Positions 57,322 to 64,000 of a DNA stretch of 64,000 nt are shown one piece after another. The DNA is from Rebecca billardiae RCC1528 (Eukaryota; Protista; Haptophyta). How positions within the stretch are numbered: the stretch's first letter is position 1; every line of letters begins with the position of its first letter. The stretch lies in the NCBI GenBank assembly GCA_965240325.2, contig OZ251245.1, positions 496,001 through 560,000 on the forward strand, written 5' to 3'. The notes beneath the pieces are model-generated. The model was not told the DNA's origin and did no database searches. It was given only the letters and a program-made list of their open reading frames with translations. The position numbers and the translations under genes were made by a program.

Positions 57322-59246
57322 TCTCCCCCGAGTCCACGGCGGCGGAGGCAGAGGAGGCGGCGGAGGCGGAGGCCGTGAGTGTGGTGGCGGCCGGCGCGAG
57401 CGGGCCGCGCCGGCCGGCCACGGCCCCGGGGCCCACCGCTCCGGAGCGTGCGCGCGCAGAGCGCGCAGAGCGCGCAGACGCGGCCGTGGCGGTCCAGCCG
57501 GTCGCTGCTGCAGCGGCGTGCGAAGCCGAGAGCGAGGCGGCGAGTGCCTGCCGTGCGATGCGCGCGCCGATGGCGGGCGCGGCGGGCGCGGCGGTGGAGG
57601 CGACGGCGGTGGTGCGCACGTCAGCCAGCGCCCATCCGCCGACTCGTGCCGCTCACGCGTCGACCGAGCGCGCCTACGATGCCGTCGAGGTCGATGATGC
57701 CATCGAGGCGCACGAGGCCCGCGCGAGAGCGGCTGGCGTCGGGCTTGCCGGCGCGGGGCCGCTCCTCGAGCCGAGCGCGGCGCCCAGGGCGCCGACGGCG
57801 GCGCACGCGGCCTCCGCGCCGCCGGCCGCTGCAGAGGCACCGGCCGCGCGATCGTGTCCCTCTCTTGCCCTGAGCCTGCCTGCGGAGCCGAGTGACAGCT
57901 TCCGGCGCAGCCCGCGCGAGCCGGGGTACACGCCGCTGAGCGCACGGGACCTGGCCAAGCTGGCGGCGTGCGCGCAGCGCGCCGAGGCTCTGAGCGCGCC
58001 CGCGCCCGCCGCGGCGGCGGCGTCGGCCGAGCCCACGCCTCGCCGCACGCCGCCGCGCGCCATCGCGGCGCCGATCCTCACGAGCGCGCGCATGACGGCC
58101 GACGAGTGGAGGCTCGACATCCCGACGCGCTCGGCGGCCGCGTCGGCGGCGACGACACCAAGCCGGTCGCCGCGCCGCGCCGCCGCCGCCGCCGCCGCGC
58201 CTCCGGCTGCTGCTGCTGCGCCGCCGCCGCCGCCGCCGCTTGCCGCCGAAGCGCCGGCCGCGCACGCAGCCGCGGGCGCTGGGCAGGCCACGCGCCTGCG
58301 CCCGCACGCCGCGGCGCCCGCCGCCGCGCCCGCGGCCGAGGTGTCGGCGCGTGCGCGCCTGGGCTGCAGCGCGCCCACGCCAGCCGTGCCACCGGCGCCA
58401 TCGGCCGCGACCGCGCCGCCACCTCCGCCACCGCCAGCCGGGCCCGGCGCGGCGGCACGGCCGGGCCTGCGCCTCGTCCTGCCGAGCGCGCCGCGCACCG
58501 TGCGCGCCATGGCCAGCCCCGGCTCCTCCGCCGAAGACGGGCCCATCCGCTCGCCGGCCTACGCACTGCCCGCCCCATCCGCCGAGCGACCCGCCGCCCG
58601 GCGCGCGCGCGGCGCGGAGCTCACGGACGCAGAGGCGCAGGCCCTGCAGGCGCTCGTCCGCCTCTTCGACTCGACGAAGCGCCGCCGGCTCGGCGTGAGC
58701 GCGCTGCACATGCTCGCGGCCGAGCTGGGCGACCCGATGACCGCGCCCGAGCTGCGCGCGCTGCTGCGCACGCTCGCCGCGAGCGGCCGCGGCCGCGCCG
58801 GCGCTTCCCTCGACGTGGGCAGCGACGAGCTGTGCGCGTGGTACGCGCGCGCCAAGGCGGCCGAGGCGCGCCGGGCGAGCTCCGGCGGCAGCTGCGCGCA
58901 CGGCCCGTCCGCGCAGCGCGGCCGAGTGCTCCTGGCGTGGGCGGCCATGCTGGGCACGTTCGTCGGGCTCTGTGCGCTGTGCATCGTGTTCGGGAGGGTG
59001 CTCGGCGAGGCGCAGACGGTGGCGATGCTCGAGTCGTGGGGCGTGGCGCTTGTGAGCTCACTCGTCGTGCAGGAGGGGCTGATGGGCACGCTCGCGCAGC
59101 TGCTGCCCGCGCTCAGCCGGCGTGGGGCGAGCAGCGGTCACACTTTCGCCGCATCGCTGAGCATCCGCCTGGCGGCGGCGCCGCGCGCGCTGGCTACCGG
59201 GATCCGCCCCGCGGTGGAGGCGGTGCGCTTCCTCTTCCGCGGCTAG
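39868..59246 (+). CDS. Giant (~6,214 aa) polycystin-1/REJ-like surface protein: SP - 7x RCC1 - (SPPP)n stalk - IPT/TIG x3 - REJ - GPS - 5 TM with EF-hand-like loop; exons 39868-40013, 40129-40308, 40438-40794, 41034-41372, 41475-41654, 41804-59246
   Basis: Leader MVGAALGLLALAV. Seven G..H(T/S)C..C(W/F/Y)G blades after removing five phase-2 introns. IEPDSGPLSGGTVVTLSG (IPT); VNRPPFGG..GWAD..LPLRYAF (REJ); CRYWD..WSGRGC..CACDHL|TTF (GPS); hydrophobic TM segments. Exon lengths sum to 18,645 nt, which is in frame. Confidence 0.85.
41916..50510 (+). repeat. Coding extensin-like Ser-Pro3/Ser-Pro4 repeat, 8.6 kb (~2,865 codons)
   Basis: Uninterrupted frame with synonymous codon variation (ccg/cca/cct/ccc; tcg/agc/tca/tcc). 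Confidence 0.95.
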
Positions 59247-59779
59247 CACGCGTTGTCGAGCCTGCCTTCGTCGTCGACTACGCGCGGACTCACGGCTGGC
59301 TGCACGCGGCTGCGCCGGCTTCGCCCGCGGCGCGTCCTGGCGCCGCTCGCCGCTCATCGGCCTTCAGCTCGGGCTTTCACAGAGTCGACGGTGATTGTAG
59401 GCGAGGCAACGGAATCGAACCTCGCAATCAACAAGTCGAGACTGGTCCAGTGGTCCTTTCGGGCGCACTCTGATTCTGCCGACGTTCTGCCTGCCACGCC
59501 TTTTGACTTGCACAGCGTGCGCGATCTCGACGCGTCAGCGCGTGCTCAGTGAATAAGATCACGCTCGTCGCCGACAGTGTTGCCGAACGCAGAGCCCGGG
59601 AACGAGCTCGGGCGAGTTAGCGGCAAGTTCCACGAACTCGTGGTGCCGCCGTCCTGCCCAAGGCCGCTCGGCAGCGTCTCGCACGAAGGGTGGCGCTCGG
59701 AGTGCAGCCTCGAGTGCACTGCCGTCTTGCAGCACGCGCGCGCGCGCGCACGAGGACAACCCGTATCGACGTTCGCACG

Positions 59780-61528
59780 ATGCCGCCCGCGAAGATCGCG
59801 TGCAAGGGCTGCCGGCTGAGCAAGATCAAGTGCGACCTCGAGCACCGCACGGACGGCGTGTGCTCGCGCTGCGTGCGGCTCGGGCTGCTGTGCCTGCCCA
59901 CCGGCCCGTCGCAGCGCGGCCGCCCCAACGCGCGGCGTGACGTGTCTCGGCTCGGCCCCAAGGTCAAGCAGCTGCTGCTCCAGCAGCCGGACGCGCCCGC
60001 GGCCGAGCCGGAGGCGCCCGCCAAGCGGCCACGGCACGACGACGACGATGCCGACGCCGCCCCCTGCCCCGTGCGGCTGTGCAGCTCGCCCAACACCTCG
60101 TCCGACGCGCTCACGGCGTTCCACGCCCCGCCGAAGGCGTGCACCCACCTCGTCGCCCAGCTCACCACGCAGCCCGCCCGGCTGGCGTGGGTGCGGCACG
60201 GGCTCTACATGGCGCAGGCGGCCAAGCACCTCGGTGCGCGCACGCACGCACGCACGCGCGCGCGCGCGGCGGCTGGGCGGGCGGGCGGCCCCGCGAGCAT
60301 GCGCGCCGGCTGCGACGCCGCGCAGCCCCTGCTCAGCCCCTCCGCGCCCCGCGCGTGCGCCCGCCGCTCCGCCCTCTCCCCAGGCATGCTGCAGTGCTTC
60401 CTCGGGCTCGCGCACAAGTTTGGTCTGCCGTACGAGGACACGCACCCCGCGCTCTGCGCCGTCGACCCGGCGCGCGAGCCCGAGCCGCAGGCGCTGCCCG
60501 GCTTCATCCGCGCGTGCTACGACGGCGCGGGCGCGGTCGCGCTCACGCGGCTGCAGGCCGCCGGCCGCGTGAGCTACCTGCCCTCGCCCGCGCTTGCCGA
60601 GCTGTTTGGGCTGCAGCCGGGCGCGGAGCTCACGCACGGGCTGGCGACGCTGCTCGAGGCGGAGGCGGACCGCGCGGCGATCTACGAGCTGACGGGGCGG
60701 CTGTGGGCGCAGATCGTCGACGCGGACGCGGAGCAGCACGTCTGCGTCGACGACAGCCGCGCGCTGCGCTTCACGTACAACGGCGCCACCTACGGCCCCT
60801 TCCGGCTGCGCGGCCGTCTGGTGCTGCGCGAGCGCAGCCTGCGCACGTGGACGTGCATCTCGCTGCTGCGCGCGGAGGAGGTGCCGCGCGCGCTCACGGC
60901 GCAGCCCGCGCTGCACGTCGCGAGCGGCGCGGTGCTGCCGCCGCCATCCGCGCTCGGGCCGCACGCGCCGCGCGTCGCGATCGCGCTGCCGGCCGCGCGC
61001 CACGTGAGCACGATGCTCAGCGTCGGCACGCCGCTCGCGCCCCTCGCGCCCCTCGAGCCGGCAGCGCGCTCGAGCTGGGGCTCGGGCCTGCTGGGCGGCC
61101 GGAGCGGCAGCGGCGGCTCCACCACGTCGCCTGACTCGTCCTCGACCTTCCTGGAGGAGCAGAGCGGCTCGCCGCGCTCCGGGCACGCGTCGCCGCCGCT
61201 GCCGCCGCCGCCGCCCTCGGCCGCGCCCGCGCCCGCGCGCGCGCGCGCAGAGCTGGAGGAGCTGACGCGGCTGCTCGGCCTGGCGCAGCCCAAGGAGGGG
61301 GCGCAGCCCGCGCACAGCGCCGAGGGCGGCTCGCTCGAGCTCGGGCACGAGCTGGGGCTGCCGCTGGACGAGCTGCTCGAGCTGTGCGCGCCCGAGCTGT
61401 ACAGCGCGCACCCTGGCGCAGCCGAGCCGCAGCCGGACAGCGCCAGGGCGGGCGACGGCCGGCTGCCGGCGCCGCTCGCGCCCGCGCCTCTGCCCGTGGC
61501 CGTGCCCGTGGCCGTGATGCACTCGTGA
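59780..61528 (+). CDS. Zn(II)2Cys6 binuclear-cluster transcription factor with possible PAS-like middle domain; in-frame intron 60234-60383
   Basis: CKGCRLSKIKCDLEHRTDGVCSRCVRLGLLC fits CxxCx6Cx9CxxCx6C; followed by RGRP and an NLS-like PAKRPR. Confidence 0.82.
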   Translation: MPPAKIACKGCRLSKIKCDLEHRTDGVCSRCVRLGLLCLPTGPSQRGRPNARRDVSRLGPKVKQLLLQQPDAPAAEPEAPAKRPRHDDDDADAAPCPVRLCSSPNTSSDALTAFHAPPKACTHLVAQLTTQPARLAWVRHGLYMAQAAKHLGARTHARTRARAAAGRAGGPASMRAGCDAAQPLLSPSAPRACARRSALSPGMLQCFLGLAHKFGLPYEDTHPALCAVDPAREPEPQALPGFIRACYDGAGAVALTRLQAAGRVSYLPSPALAELFGLQPGAELTHGLATLLEAEADRAAIYELTGRLWAQIVDADAEQHVCVDDSRALRFTYNGATYGPFRLRGRLVLRERSLRTWTCISLLRAEEVPRALTAQPALHVASGAVLPPPSALGPHAPRVAIALPAARHVSTMLSVGTPLAPLAPLEPAARSSWGSGLLGGRSGSGGSTTSPDSSSTFLEEQSGSPRSGHASPPLPPPPPSAAPAPARARAELEELTRLLGLAQPKEGAQPAHSAEGGSLELGHELGLPLDELLELCAPELYSAHPGAAEPQPDSARAGDGRLPAPLAPAPLPVAVPVAVMHS

Positions 61529-61983
61529 GCGTGGTGATGGGGGCGTGTGAAGACTGCAGTGTGCTCATCGAGCGATTCGTTATGCTATGCGCGCGCACGC
61601 GCGCCCGAAGAGTAGCGGTGGCGTGGCTTTCTGACTTCCTGAACACCAGCTGGCGCCTCGATTGCGGCCGCGCGCCAGGCCAGCTGGGAGCCGGAGTACG
61701 ACGACGTACGTATATATATATACTGGCACAGCGCAGCACCGCGTGGCCGTAGTGCGGCCCGGATCATATCGTCGCGATATATATATATATATACGCGCTA
61801 GCTCAGCATCATCGATACTACGCGGGCGAGCAGCTTGATGATGGCGAGCGGACCGATGACTCCGATGAGTTAAGTCAATGAGTAGTGACGACACGCTACA
61901 CTCAGCTACACTCAAGGCTACAGTACTATAGTGACGATCAGATCCCGATATACACTACAGCAGCAGATGATTGCTGAGACTTG

Positions 61984-64000
61984 TTACTGCTGCATCATCG
62001 TCAGCGCCGCCGCCGCCGCATTCGCGGCATTATTCGTGCCAGGCGCCGCCGGCTCTGACCTCGGCCTGCCTGGGTGCGCGGGGCCCAGCGCGGGGGACTG
62101 CCTGCGCACAAACGGGTTGGCCGTGCGCAGCCGCCCCTGCTCGCGCCGCGCGGTCGCGCTGGCGGCGGCGCTCGCCCGCTCCGAGACGGCGTTCGCCCTC
62201 GGCCCGCGCGGCAGCGCAGCGCTGGCCGCGTGCGAGCACGCTGCGGCGCTCGCGCCAGCCGCTCGCGGCACGCCGAGCGGGGCGGCGATCGGCGCGCGCT
62301 CGCGTGCCCGCTCGGCCGCGCGCTCCGCGTGGGCTGACGCGGGCACGCCGCCGGCCACCGCCGCGTCCGGTGCGCCTGGCTCGGCGGCGGGCTGGGCCAG
62401 GCCACCCTGGGCGTGCGCCGCGCTGTCCCGCCTGCCCTGCGCACCACCGTCGTCGTCTGCAACGGCGCTCGCGCCCGCGGCCGCGGCCTCGTCCGCGCGC
62501 CGCGCGTGCTGCGGCCGCTGCGCGCCGTCGCGCGCGTCGAGAGGCGCGTCGCGCGGCGCGGCGTGTAGCCGCGGCTGCGCGTGCTGCCGGCCGTGCGCAG
62601 CAAAGCCCGCGGCGAGCAGCGCGGCCTGCGCCGCGTCCAGCTCGGAGGCGGTGAGCAGCACCACGGCCTCCGCGCCCGCCGCCCCGCGCGCGCCGCCCGC
62701 GCCCGGCTCCGACTCGACGCGCGCGCGCTTGGCGGGCGGCAGCGGCGCGGGCGCGTGGTGCGCGGTCGAGCCGAGCGCCGGCCGGCACGCGCCGCTCGCG
62801 CCGCCCGCCTCGGCGCCGCCGCCGGCCGCCGCCGCCGCGGCGGCGCGCACCGCGGCCGCGTGCTCGTGCGCGCAGTAGGGCGGCCGCACGGCCATGTTGA
62901 CGCGCGCGCGCCAGCCGCTGCTCGCGCCCGCCGCGGCGGTCGGCGGGCGCGCGGGCGGTGGTGCGCGGAAGAGCGGAGCAGGGGCCGCGGGCGCGGTGCG
63001 CGCGCGCTCGGCGCACGCAGCGGCGGGCTCGAGGCCCGGGTCCCGGCCGTGCTGCTGCTGCGGCGGCTGCGGGCGCAGAGCCGGTTGAAGCGGCGGTGGC
63101 GGCGGCGGCGGCGAGAGCGCAGGCTGCTGCTGCGGCTGCTGCGCGCCAGAGCCCGCGGCCGCGGCGGCCGCTTCTCCCGGAGCGCTGCGCGCCACGGCCG
63201 CCGCGCCCTCCCCGCCCGGCCGCGGGCAGGCTGCCCCGCCGCCCACGCCGTGCGGCGGCCGCGCGGCGTGGCCCCCGCCGCGCGCCGCCGCCGCCGCGTG
63301 CGGCGCGTGGCGGTGCTGCCCCGCGCCCCCCGCGCCGAGCGGCTGCAGCTGCTGCAGCTGCTGCAGCTGCTGCAGCCGCTCGGCCAGCGCGTCCGCCAGC
63401 TCGGTCGCCAGCACGCACACGCACGCGCGCACCGTGGGAAGCTCGGCGCGCGTCGCCGGGATGCTCGGCTCGCGCGCCGCGCGCGCCGCCGCGCGCGGCT
63501 CTCGCGCGCGCGCCCACTCCAGCACCGCGCCCTCGAGCGGGCTGAAGCCGCGCAGGCTCTCGTCCGCGGGCGTGCTCAGCCGCACGCACGCCGCCACCGC
63601 CGCCGCCACCGCCGCCGCCGCCGCCGCCGCCGAGCGGCCCTCGGCCGCGGCGGCGGGCTCGGCGGGCGCGGCGGTGAGCTCGACCAGCTGGCGCGCGCGC
63701 GCGCAGAGCATCCGCGCCGCGCCGACCGGCAGCCACGCCAGCCGCGGCCGCGGCGGGTGCGCCGCCGCCAGCTCGGCGGCGCTGGCGGGCTCGCACAGCC
63801 AAGCCAGGAGCACGCGCGCAAGGCCGAGCGCGCGCAGCTGCGGGCACGCGGCCGCGTCGGAGGCGGCGGCGGCGGCGGGCGGCGCGCTGAGCAGCGCGGG
63901 GAGCAGCGCGCACGCCGCGCGCGCGGCCCACTCGTGTGAGAGCTTCGTCGCGGCCTCCACCTCCTCGCCCCCCGCGCCGCCCGCGCTGTTGAGCCGGTCG
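61984..64000 (-). CDS. 3' part of an EST1/SMG7-like protein (5' end lies outside the window)
   Basis: VLLAWLCEP and ADESLRGFSPL resemble the Est1/SMG7 helical-domain motif (E.xLRGFxPL). Low-complexity tail ending TANPFV. Confidence 0.5.
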   Translation of the reverse strand, partial: DRLNSAGGAGGEEVEAATKLSHEWAARAACALLPALLSAPPAAAAASDAAACPQLRALGLARVLLAWLCEPASAAELAAAHPPRPRLAWLPVGAARMLCARARQLVELTAAPAEPAAAAEGRSAAAAAAAVAAAVAACVRLSTPADESLRGFSPLEGAVLEWARAREPRAAARAAREPSIPATRAELPTVRACVCVLATELADALAERLQQLQQLQQLQPLGAGGAGQHRHAPHAAAAARGGGHAARPPHGVGGGAACPRPGGEGAAAVARSAPGEAAAAAAGSGAQQPQQQPALSPPPPPPPLQPALRPQPPQQQHGRDPGLEPAAACAERARTAPAAPAPLFRAPPPARPPTAAAGASSGWRARVNMAVRPPYCAHEHAAAVRAAAAAAAGGGAEAGGASGACRPALGSTAHHAPAPLPPAKRARVESEPGAGGARGAAGAEAVVLLTASELDAAQAALLAAGFAAHGRQHAQPRLHAAPRDAPLDARDGAQRPQHARRADEAAAAGASAVADDDGGAQGRRDSAAHAQGGLAQPAAEPGAPDAAVAGGVPASAHAERAAERARERAPIAAPLGVPRAAGASAAACSHAASAALPRGPRANAVSERASAAASATARREQGRLRTANPFVRRQSPALGPAHPGRPRSEPAAPGTNNAANAAAAALTMMQQ

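Overview
This is a very GC-rich, gene-dense eukaryotic (algal) nuclear region. It has short GT-AG introns, mostly with GTGCGC donors and (C)GCAG acceptors. Composition and gene content suggest a haptophyte such as Pavlovales, which is inference only. About 17 protein-coding genes can be supported: a CASTOR-like ACT protein, a CobW/COG0523 GTPase, YwbE/DUF2196, a coiled-coil IQ protein, a Venus-flytrap hybrid histidine kinase, a bacterial-type threonine dehydratase, a family-16 methyltransferase, an ER CS-domain protein, a mitochondrial carrier, a FANCI-like protein, SNRNP40, a TruA/PUS1 enzyme, a Zn2Cys6 transcription factor, the 3' end of an EST1/SMG7-like gene and several hypotheticals. The dominant feature is a ~19.4-kb gene (39868-59246, ~6,214 aa after splicing) for a polycystin-1-like surface protein. 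Its order is signal peptide, 7-bladed RCC1 propeller, ~2,865-aa (SPPP)n extensin-like stalk, IPT/TIG and REJ modules, GPS with an intact HL|T site, then five TM segments with an EF-hand-like loop; there is no PLAT or channel domain. Intergenic DNA holds a TA-flanked MITE, a foldback hairpin, a duplicated minisatellite-bearing unit and microsatellites. Most long ORFs in the track are GC-rich shadow frames.
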